Positions 14,285 through 25,700 of a DNA stretch of 64,000 bases are shown here, one piece after another. Within the stretch, counting starts at the first letter, position 1, and each line of letters starts with the position of its first letter. This DNA is from Paragordius varius. Lineage: Eukaryota > Animalia > Nematomorpha. The position numbers and the translations under genes are program-made. Location of the stretch: positions 1,922,001-1,986,000 of the forward strand of contig OZ176053.1 of assembly GCA_964247055.1 (NCBI GenBank). Reading direction: 5' to 3'. Under the pieces are notes generated by a model. It was not told the DNA's origin. It worked only from the letters and a program-made list of their open reading frames with translations, and did no database searches.

Positions 14285-15463
14285 CTAAAACAGTGGTGCA
14301 ATTAATGCAGAAATTGGGATATCACCAAATTCATCCTTAATCCCTTGATATGTATTTGTAGACGTTTCCTGGCTTTTGAAATTTATTGCATAATTTTTGT
14401 AGGCATGAGTATCAGTGATAGATGATTGCATTTGATACGGCATTTGGGCTATTGAGCCATTTTTTAAACCATCTTTACCATTAAAATTCATATTTTGGCT
14501 GACCATATGATTAACAGAGTCGGTAGCTAAACAGTCCTGCAAGCTTTTAATATAATCTATGGCGGCTCGTAAGGTGTCGACTTTAGACCATTTTTTGGTG
14601 ACACATTTAGGCACAGAATTTTGGCTACTTTGATTCGAATTTCTGACACCGTTAAATGCTTGGGAATTTTTGGTAAAATTAATTTGGTTTTCACAATCGC
14701 CATTTAAACCGCCGCTCAGTGAAGAAGGATGATAGTTGTCAGTTAAAACGGGAGATGAATTAGAATGTTTAATATGATGATTCTTTGTGAGCAATGCGAA
14801 ATTTTGCGGACAGTTTTTTGATTTATTCCCATTCCTATCCTCCTTATCAGAACTATTATTTGTCGTAGTGTTTAAATTTTCTAGTATTTGTGTTATTAGG
14901 TGTTGTGACATGGAATTTGTTACGCGTTCTCTCAAATCTTCGAAACCTTTGTTAATCAATTTGACACGTTTCCTTTCTCTGGCATTGCGTTTGGTCGAAG
15001 TTTTACGGGTATTTTTATTCGCTGAAACTTTTGTATTTTTTTCTATGCTGCCCATTTTAGATGGGCCATTAGACCAACAATTGAAATTATTTATATTTTC
15101 TTTGGTTGTTTTTACATGCAATGTTTCTGGTAAAATAATTTCTTTCGGGAATTTTGAATTATCCATACAATTGCTTACGGTTGAATGATTGGAGAGGGGT
15201 GAATAATTGTCAGGACTATAGGATATTGTTGAATAATTTCCATTATAGGTGTAAAAAGATTTTTTCGTTTCCAACGCATGCTGGAAAGAATTCGGGCTAG
15301 GATTATACATAACTTTAGTAGGTAGTACGGAATTGTTCGACTGGTACTTTCGAATTATTTCTTGATTAAAAGTTGTCTGTAATTCGCACATTGATTGATT
15401 AGAAATTTTTTGATCAAAATTATCATTAAAATTGATGAAATTAGTGTAATTCAAGTTTGCCAT
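14285..15463 (-). CDS. ASCL: Achaete-scute family proneural bHLH transcription factor, intronless, 392 aa
   Basis: Basic/helix 1 KRNARERKRVKLINKGFEDLRERV and helix 2 KKWSKVDTLRAAIDYIKSLQ are diagnostic of the achaete-scute family. Confidence 0.92.
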   Translation of the reverse strand: MANLNYTNFINFNDNFDQKISNQSMCELQTTFNQEIIRKYQSNNSVLPTKVMYNPSPNSFQHALETKKSFYTYNGNYSTISYSPDNYSPLSNHSTVSNCMDNSKFPKEIILPETLHVKTTKENINNFNCWSNGPSKMGSIEKNTKVSANKNTRKTSTKRNARERKRVKLINKGFEDLRERVTNSMSQHLITQILENLNTTTNNSSDKEDRNGNKSKNCPQNFALLTKNHHIKHSNSSPVLTDNYHPSSLSGGLNGDCENQINFTKNSQAFNGVRNSNQSSQNSVPKCVTKKWSKVDTLRAAIDYIKSLQDCLATDSVNHMVSQNMNFNGKDGLKNGSIAQMPYQMQSSITDTHAYKNYAINFKSQETSTNTYQGIKDEFGDIPISALIAPLF

Positions 15464-16685
15464 AGATTTATTTTTATTTAATGGAAGCCTAAATTTTATT
15501 TAAAAAAATATGCTAAATAAAGAATAATGTAAAATAAATTACTGAATTTTTTTATAGTGTATACTGATCAGTATATAAAAAAATACTATAATGGACAATA
15601 GGACAAATATATATGTATAATGGGTATTAAAAAGTCAATTATGCTTTACTTTATTATTGACAAAGAAAACAAAAAAATATACATTTTTTAATCATTGAAG
15701 TTTAGTTAGCCTTTTAAAACAATTCATATAATTGTAACAAATTTAATTGTTTTATGATTTAAGTTATTTTTTGTAAAAATACATATCCTTTAATTAAACA
15801 ATGCTGGTTACATATTACAGTAAAAATATTTGTCTTTGGGATAATTATGATTAAAAAAGATATATACTTTAAGGTTAAACAAAGACTCTCTCCTCTTTAC
15901 TCTTACATAAACTTAAACTTTTCTTATGCTCAAAATTAGGGTCGCAATAATTTTAAGACAAAACAAACTTATTTAAATAAAAAATAATATATATTCCGTT
16001 TTTTTCAAGAACGTCATGTCTTTTTATATTAATTTCAAACATTTTTGCCATTAATAAAAACAAAAAATTCATGTCATTATATTATTTATATTACATTTTG
16101 AAGCGTGTCGCACAAGTACAAAATACCAAATGAGATTCATGGTTGACATTAATTATTCTAAAAGAATTTTGCATGAAAAAAAAACTATAAAAAAAGGTAG
16201 AGTTAAGGACCCAATCTTGTTTTTTCGAAAAAAAACTACCAACACTCTTGTTAAGTATACAAGTTTGTGTTTCAACAGTACCTATCATCTTATAAATATA
16301 TAAAATAAAAGTTGAATAAATTAATATTTATAGTATTGTACTAGAGAAGCATTTATCCAAATATTGTGCAATAAAAGTATTTGCCCGCAAGCAAAATATA
16401 CCCACGTGCCAGAGGTCTTTAGATTGTAAAAATATCAAAATTTTAAGTTGCTGAAACAATGGTTAAATCCGTTAATTTTTGTTATTAAAATAGCAAGAAG
16501 GAATTTTAAAGTATTCAATGATAGGATATGAATAATTATAATTTAATAAAATAAAGTTAATTTAAGTCCTGTAAAAAAATATGCTATAACCACTCATATA
16601 AAATTGTGGGTTTTCTTCGCAAAAGGTAAATATATTGTGTAATTTGTGTCTAAATTTTTTTAATATGTGAATAAAAATCAAAAAT

Positions 16686-16719
<34 letters not shown>

Positions 16720-17543
16720 TACCATCTAAAAAAATCCATATTTTATAAAATGTATCAAGTTTTTATAGGGCAAAACTGGGATAATCCTGCAAAAAAATTT
16801 TCAATACACTAAATCAATTAACACTTTTTAATATTTTTTTTAAAAAAATCATTTTTTAAAATAAGAAACTGAATAAATATAATTTAACAAACTAGTAAAA
16901 CGGTAATGTATCTACAGCATATTTCTGTTTTAAAGTATCATGACTGGTGCACTTTTGAAACATTGTCTAGATCAGATAAGTATTTTATTTAATATTTATA
17001 TTGTATATATATGTGTAACATTACATAATTTTTTGTGAAAAAAATAAACTTTTTAGTGAAAAATACCCATATCTCATATCTCAAATACTTTTCAATATTG
17101 CCTTATTTTAGTGATAAAATCTACACCACCGACATTGCGATGCGATTTGTTTATATTTATTATTGCATTATACAATACCTCTATGGAGTAAAATAAAAAA
17201 GAAAAATTTATTGTAATTTGCAATCGATAAAATAAAGTTTTTTTAGGGGGGCTTATTCATTTGATGACGCTTTAAGATAAAACTATATCTTCCGCATACA
17301 TACACAGACTCACTCAGACAGACAGAAAGAAATTAATCATTAGATTTTTTCAATTTTTTTTCATTTATTTTTGCGTCTTTCAATACGTTTTTAATGCGAT
17401 TATGTCATATATTAAAATAAAAAAAAATAGAGTGACTTTTCAAAGACAGTGAAAGATTTCATTAATTTTATGATATAGGTATTTATAATACATAGTAAAG
17501 GTACCCTTTTGAAAAAAAACAATGAATGATAAAGTTTTATTTA

Positions 17544-17713
17544 CAATAGCGTATGACATAAAACAATATTAGTCCATAAAAGAAGAAAAATTAATTTTAT
17601 TAAAAAAAACAAGTGGATATGATGGATACTGTATATACAAAAAGGCTTGTTTTTTTAAAAAAACATTTTTTATCTTATTATGGACTAATAATGCTTTATG
17701 CTATACGCTACTG
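17544..17713. mobile_element. Tc1/mariner-type MITE-D (TA|CA.TAGCGTATG...CATACGCTACTG|TA); other copies 33413-33570, 35557-35668
   Basis: TIR CAGTAGCGTATGACATAAAACAAT.TTAGTCCATAA; TA flanks. Confidence 0.75.
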
Positions 17714-18735
17714 TATGTCAAATCAAGGTTGTCATAAGCTTTATTATAGAATTGAAGTGTTTAATCTAAACAAAAAAATGATATCGGCAAAATGCTTAAC
17801 TTTAATGCTTTTAATTCTCAAGTAAGCCTTAATTAGATAATTAAATTTAAAGGATTAGGTAGAATATAAAAAATATTTTATGTATTTATTAGTCAGTAGT
17901 CATTCGTAGGAAGAATAATATATGATTTATATAGGTTAACTGTGTTATATAACTTATTGACGCCAACTTAATGTCGTGTTTTTTTTATAATTTTATTTAT
18001 ATATCTTTTTTTGAGATATATGTCTCCCCAATAAGATAATTAAATTTAAAAATTATATTTATGGACTTATATAATAATTTATATAATAATATTTGATGTT
18101 CTTTCCTTAAAAGAGAGGCTATTATACCGAAAAATCTCTCAATGCCGTAATTATATTGTTAACTTAACCTTAATTTTAAATGATTGCGAAATCTCGTTTT
18201 ATCGAAAATCGAGCTATGAGAATTTAGGATTTATATCAAATGACAACTAAAATGTGACTGATTTCAGTTTTTTTTAAGCTAACTTGCTTAAATCAGAACA
18301 ATGAGAGAACTAACCGTTGTATATTTTTATTTTTAAACAATAATCCAATATTATTGATCCCAAAATAAGACTTAAATGTTACAAAGAGTTTCCAATTACA
18401 TAAACAATCATAATAATTTTAATCCGTACTCATTTCGACATCGCCCATTTTCAAACCATTTTAGTAACTTTTGTAGCGATTCTAAAAATTATAATATTTG
18501 TGCTATATAGCCCATAGCCATAGTTTTATTAAACATGAACATAAAGCAGCATTTTTTCAAAAAGACTGCTAATTGTTAAATATAACATTCCAAGAAAACT
18601 CGAATCATAGCATTCTAATATTCAGAAGTAGATTTGGATAGGACAGGCACTCACTATTTTGATCTAATAAAAACTCATTTGCAATTTATTTAATTTGTGA
18701 GTCGGTCAGTATAGTCTATTATAAATGCTCTATAT

Positions 18736-20337
18736 CAGGGCTTCTTAAACTTTTGTAGTTCCCGACCCCATTTATGATTGCGAGTTTCTTAGCGACCCCA
18801 ACAAATATAAAAGAAAAATTATAGTTTCTTTGTAATAACACTCAAAAATTTTGTTGGTATTTATCTGGATTATTTTGGTTTTATTGAAAAAAATAAATCT
18901 ACATTATTAATAAATTTCCATAAAATTTTTTGTTCTATAGTAAATTTATACAATATACTAGCTGGTCCTCGCTGTGACCAGTCTCATCGATAATTATCCT
19001 TAACAATTTGCAAATAGAGTTAATGGAGATAAAAAATAATAAAAAACACATTTAATAAAATGGCTGTATTTAATTATCTTTTACGGGTTTTGCATAGGCT
19101 AAAACATTGTTTACTCGAAATTGACCATATTTAAACTGTCCCTTATTAAGGTTAATATTCGGCTATCATTGGATTTATTTTTTTCGCTTTATTAAATATT
19201 TGAAATTGTGTTCACACAGCTGGGATCAAGGGTTATAAAAAGTAAAACATTTGTGGTCCCATTGAAAGAATGATATTAAACTAGAAATGTGGTTAACCGA
19301 ACTCGTATGGCTTCTTAAGTTTTTAAAAATTAGCTTAAAAACTACGCCATTTTTATATGGCGTCTCAGTTTTAAACAGTAGACCCCTACCCATAATCCTA
19401 TATGGAAAAAGCGCTGAGTTAACTTCTTTGCCTTTATAGGGCAAATATTTGGAGTCATCTGTGATAGCATCGTCTTCATGGGTTTTTCCAAAAAATCAAC
19501 ACTAAATAATCTTTATATGGCGTATATTTAGGGCATAAAGGCCCCAAATTAACGGCTAATAAAAAAAGCCCGACCTTACTGATTTCAAGCTTTTACTACT
19601 CATATGGCTTCATAAATTTTCTGTTTAGTCCAAAACAACGCAATCTCCACATAGTGGCGCAGGTTTTCCGGCTATGCGTCTACCCACATCCAATATTTAA
19701 AAAACCCGACTAAAACTTTTGCCTTTTAACAGGTAATACCTGGAATCCTTATTGAATTTTAAACGTTTCTTACCCTGGGCAATAAATTATTTAGTTTTTT
19801 TGAAAATGGCATTTTACGAGGGGAGCGGATAAAAAGAGGGCCTAAATTTAAAAAGTAAGCCGACTATATTTGGTGCAATCGAAAAAAGTAAAAATCATAT
19901 TTGAAATCGAATGGTCCCACACGTTTTCCGGAAAATTGTCTCAAAGACACGATTTTTGTGGACTGGTATTTAAAAAAACGTTTTTTAGATGTAATGGGCC
20001 CGAACTGGGGGCTTAATATAAAAAAAGGCGGAGCTACGGGGCATTCATTAATAATTATATTTTTTGATATTTGGATTTGAATGGGTGTACCGGTTTTCCA
20101 GAAACAGATCACAAAGCCAACATTTTTCATTTTTATAAATAATTAGATTTTAATGATAGGAATAGAAATGCTGGTATAAACTATCTTTCCAAATTAGAAA
20201 ATTTTATGATATATTTATCTACCATGATTGTAATTTTTCTTTATAACAAAAATTTTACAAGTTAAAAAACATTTTTTGTTAAATTGTATTATTATCACCG
20301 CGACCCCAAATGGGGTCGCAACCCATAGTTTACCCTG
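18736..20337 (+). mobile_element. hAT (Charlie-like) MITE, about 412 bp without the nested Helitron
   Basis: Perfect 8-bp TSD CTCTATAT (18728-18735, 20338-20345); TIR CAGGGCTTCTTAAAC / GTTTA-----CCCTG (right TIR lacks 5 bp); subterminal CGACCCC motifs. Confidence 0.85.
18958..20147 (-). mobile_element. Helitron sharing the family 5' part but carrying a different 3' part and terminus
   Basis: About 19700-20147 is the reverse complement of the family 5' unit. 18958-18985 reads CTGGTC-ACAGCGAG-GACCAG-CTAG|T on the minus strand; insertion site is A|T. Confidence 0.72.
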
Positions 20338-20799
20338 CTCTATATTATTGTTTGCCAAATTCAGGGTCAAAAATGATTATTCTAACTCTGATATTTTTGG
20401 ATAGAAAAACATTGAAGATTTAAGAAATTAAACTTGGGGGATCGTCGTATATAACAAAAGGGAAAACAATTTTTAATCAGATATTGATATAGATATATTA
20501 TAGAGCATCAATTTTGCATAGTTCTAGCTTTTATTAGTTCATTCACCTGTACCAATGGGAAATTTATATAAAATTTATAGCAAACAAAAATATTTTTAAA
20601 ATAAGCTTATTTTATCAAGTTAGCCAATATTATTTGAGTGAAACATGTATTTTTTGTTTATTGACATCAAGTACCGAACGGTTTGATCATATTTTAGTAA
20701 TAAAAAGTGAAGTAACGTGCAAAGCATTTAAAGATAATAAAACAAGCTTTAATATAAATTATGACTTTTTAAAACCACCATATATAATTTTTTTAGCTT

Positions 20800-22420
20800 T
20801 TTTTAAAATATTTTTGAATTTCCGACGCAATGCCCAAAATCAGCCTATAAATATGTATATACTTCTATTAATTTTCAAAGTTAAACGATTCTGGTTCACA
20901 AATATAATCATATGACGAACATTGACTCACAGGTGACTGCTTAATATCGGTTCATCAGTTTTATTTTCGATGCATCGTGCCATATTTTCGTTACAAAGCT
21001 GATGATTATATTTAAAAGTTTATTAAGAACTACATTATTTGTAATTAAAATGATTTATATTTCAAATGTAAATAATGATTTTTCAAATACCGTAGAGGTT
21101 TATCAATATGGACTATATTAAATGATAAAGACAAGTTTTGACAAGCGATTTACACAATATAAATGCATATTTGAGCATTTGTAATACAAATTTATACAAA
21201 GTTTGACCTAATTTTAAAACTCTAACTGTATTACGAATCCCCACTCTAGAATCGTGAAAGTTTATCAAAACACACGCCTATTCTACAAATTGCTACAACC
21301 GCTTTGATTTTATAAAAAAGTGAATAACAAAAAAAGCTGATTTCTTATTGTAGGCATTGTTCCACAAAATCGAGATTAAAATTCTCGATAAAATCTCACA
21401 GATAAATGTATCAGGATTCTCATCGTACTGGACCTTAGAGAATCTAAAAAATTTAATACCACTTTTTTGTAACTGCATATGATCGCAAAATTAGCGAAAT
21501 GTCAAAAAATTTATTTAGAAAATAAACACTTCATTTCACATCATAATATATCATATTTACTACGCCCAAAATCTGGGTATACAAAAAAATATATTGAAAT
21601 ATATATATTAATATATTCAGATAGGAACATGTATCAGGATTATGATAGTACTTTTGGTTATAACCTGTGGTAAGCATATCAAAACATTATTTTAACATTT
21701 TTTTTGTTGAAAGCTTACTGCTCTATTACAAAATAACACATAATAAACTACATATAAAATGTAGAACGATATTTGAAATTCATTAGATGTGAACTCAGTG
21801 CTCGAAAGACTAGTATACTTAATACACGCAAAAGCGCCGAGGTTCTGTGATAAATAACTTGTATTTTAAAAGTTTTCTAACCTACACAGTTTATTGAAAT
21901 AGTCCAAATTCAATAGACGGCTGAATCCAACCCAATATATATCAAAAATTTGTTCTAAAATGCAATATGAAGACTGCTAATTATTATTTCACAACAGATA
22001 AACATTCATTTGCATATTAGTATTGGTGATTTAAAACTAAAAATGGTGTTGGAAATCATGTGATAAATTTTTAACAATTACCTTTTAAAAAATGAAACAT
22101 GCGATAAAAACTAAGCCTTTTTTAAATTAAGCCTAATAGTTTTAGGTCATTTAAATTTTAATTGCTGTAAGGTATCCACCCAAAATACAATGAAGTATTA
22201 TTATTATGTACATTTTATTAAAATAATATTATATGCATATTTCCTGTCATTTTTGCATTAATCTTCTATAAAATGATAAAAATTTATAATAATGAAACTT
22301 TTTTATATTATTGTGAAATAATGCAAACCCTTGATATAATTATATTAAATTACAAATTTTATAGAAGATTGTCTAACAGGTTTGGTGTCAACTACTTCAA
22401 TCTCTATCAAAGCGAATAGG
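20800..22420 (-). CDS. Candidate unidentified multi-exon gene divergent from PWP2 (candidate exons 21976-21882, 21857-about 21760, 20998-20931; 24-nt intron 21858-21881)
   Basis: Exon 20998-20931 has clean CAG and GTGAGT sites and one open frame (LCNENMARCIENKTDEPILSSH). The 21976-21882 and 21857 exons join in frame across a 24-nt intron. No homology recognised and the full model is unresolved. Confidence 0.4.
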
Positions 22421-22722
22421 CATATTTTTGTTTAAATAAAAAAACCTCCTTTTAGTGTTCAAAAATTTAGATCTTTTGCCTCGCAAACCTTTTAATTAAT
22501 GGATTGTAAATAGTTATAATGTTTAGAAGGTATTTAGATATCTCCAAAAATTAAGAAAATATAGCTATTTCAATGACTATTACAAAATTTTGTAAAAGTT
22601 TAAAGCTCTTGTATGGCCTAAAACGAAAAACTCCATGAGTACCTCACTACTTTTTTGCTAATACATTTTCAGCAAGATATTTTTCGTGCACACTGGCTAC
22701 ATGAATTTGTGCGATATTTGAC

Positions 22723-25700
22723 ATGAAGCACGCTTTTCAGGTATATCATTTTTCACCCTTAAGTTTTCTAATTTATTGGGTACTCTCTACCGTAAAGGAA
22801 ATATCTGTTTAACGGATGAAAATGAATTAATAACACCTGTTGGCAATAAATTATCTATTTATTCTTTAAAAAGGTTTTTAATTGTTTAATTTTTTTAGAG
22901 GCAAATCCGAAACGTTACCCCTAGAAAGTTCTTATAATATAACAACTTTTGCCATTACAAGCGATAACTCTACCCTTATAGTAATTAATGAAGGTTTATA
23001 ATACCCATAATGATAATTATAGAGGGAGAAACTATAATATACAGTTTAATATCTATGTGCATCATTCAAAAATATAAATTTTTCACACACATTAATCAAT
23101 GCAAAATATCACCCAACAATAAGTAAATGAGTTTATAAATGTATAGATACTTTGCTGTTACCAAAAATAATTTAGTGCAAATTTTTGCTTTACCTCATTG
23201 TACACAACGACAGTTCAATCCATTTAAATTGTTAAAGACTTACAAGAAATCATTTGAAGAAATAACTTGTTTGGATTGGTCAAATACGAACAGGTTATAG
23301 AAAATTTTTAAATTTATAAAGTATCAGGGATTTCTATATAAATCCCGTTTTCAGTTTGGTCCCAAATATTAAACATTTTTTTATCCGTAAGTTTAGGTTA
23401 TAAATATTTTATTTGCCAAAAAACAATAACCCGGTTACAGCTTAACTGTTTTTATTGGTTTTTTAATTTAATTTGCAATTCGCAAAAGTTGTAATTAATT
23501 AATTATGTATAATATGTTGCAAAAAATACCAATCCTAAAAGTTTTTTTTAAAAACTACAATTTTAAATATGGTTAAAACTATATAAAAATATTTTTTTGT
23601 TTCTTTTTCTAAAAACAATCTACCAAAATTTACATTAAAATGGTTTTAGTCCATACTATCATAATATTTTTAGTTAAATTTTTTCTCTTTTTTTCATAAT
23701 TGTTTAAATTGATTTCACGATACCATGATCATACATATGCTTAAAATATTTTTTTTTTGAAAATATCATGTTTGTTTCAAATATTTTTCACACAGTTTTA
23801 TGGTTTGTGGTGGAATTGATTCCGTTGTACGTTTTTACAGCCTCGTACCATACAAAAATTTTGGGGGAAGTTTATCCCTATCTGGTCACAAGTCCCCGAT
23901 TGTTGGTGTTTTCTTCCTTAAAGATTCACTGAATGTATAATATGTTCTATTTAGCCTTTTGATTTATATAAAAACTAACCTCTGTCCAAAAATAAATATA
24001 TATATATATAATATATGGATGGGTTTCACACTAAAATATTAAGCAAAAAACATATTTATAATTATACAGAAATATTGTTAATAGTATCATGCCTTTATAT
24101 TTTTGGACAGTAATTTTTTTTACAAAAGTATTTTCTACTAAAGTACATAAAAATGACTTTTAATGTCATAAAGAATTTCGTTATTTAAAACAAAAGAGTG
24201 TTTTATGCCCATAGACACAGTAAATATTGAAATTATACGGATAAAACGTAATAATATAAACACAAATATTTGTTTTAAAAGACTTTTATTAAATATACTG
24301 CAATTACAATAGAGATGTAAATTGGTAACACAATCAATTTTATATTATACGATTGTAAATAAATAACTTTTCTAAGCTAAATTAGTGTTTAGCAAAGTAT
24401 GTTTTGTCTTTTGAAAAAATTTTTGTCTATATATTTTTACGTTTTGTTCCTATATTTCACTGTAATATATAAAAATATCGTTAATATTTAGAAAAAACAA
24501 TAGGTCAATTCACAAATATAATTACAAAAAAATTACACCTGTATTTTTAATGTAAAAAACTGAAAATATGTTTTTCATTGCAAAAAAATTATTCAACATC
24601 TAATCCCGATTTAATCACTCAACATTATTCTATCCCATTATTTTTTTAATCGAGCTTTAGATTTTTCCAATTAAATTCAAAACCTTTCCAATGACCATTT
24701 AACCAACGCACTTGCCAACTAATTAAAAGTATCATTTGAACGTTTAAAAAGCATAGGAAATCGTTGTCTCACGGAACTCTCTTTAATTTGTTGTAAAAAA
24801 TAAATTATTAGTTTTCATTTAAAATTATCCCCTTTAAAGCGAAAGTAGATTTAATATTTTGACTAAAAAACAAAAAATATAATTAAAAAAGAAATGGACT
24901 ATGCTATTTATTAAACGTTAAATTTAAATGCTTTATTTTTATAAATAATTTATTAATAATCCGTTAAATATGACTGGAATACTATTAAATTTAGTTAAGA
25001 AAAGTGTTTACCATTTAAACTTTAAAAATGTCCTTAAGCAACTTCAAGTGGTCTTTAAACATATCAAGTTCATCTTAAAACATCGTTATTTTGTTTATAC
25101 TTAGTCAACCATTTAATATGTTCGATATCATTTGTAATATATTCTTTTTATATAACCTAACGTTTAAATGAATTTAATCTAAAAACAGTATATTTATTAT
25201 TTCTCATAAATATATTAATTTTAATATAAATAAGGTTTTTATTATAATTTTTGTGGGTTTTTACTTTTAATTTTTAGTTAAAATATTAATAAGTTGTTAA
25301 TCTGGTTAAATTAGAGATAGTTAGAAACAAAAAGTTTTTTTTTCAAAATATGTTAATTTAAAAAAACACCAATAAATAAAGATATTAGGTAAAAAAATTA
25401 AATAGATAAATACAGCCAAATATTATGTCATCCGCAAACTTTAAAGATTAAGGACCAACTTGAAGTCTTCAATGACATTCTTGAAGTGAAAATGATATAT
25501 ATTATTTTTTATATTTACTCAAACTCATCCTTGAAAAAAGTTAATTCACCCTTGAACAATTAAAAATATTATATTATAATGGTAATATTTAATCTTAAAA
25601 ACACATAATTTATTTTAGGGTGAATTTGAATTGTTCGAGCGTGAATTTGAATTGTTCAAGGGTGAATTTGAACTGTAAATGGTATATCATTTTTTTATTC

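Noticed and set aside
14787-15188. Antisense ORFs over coding exons (14787-15188, 7092-7361, 7967-8257, 33611-33853, 38068-38286, 60714-60947)
   Set aside because: Shadow frames of real genes, short and without recognisable motifs.
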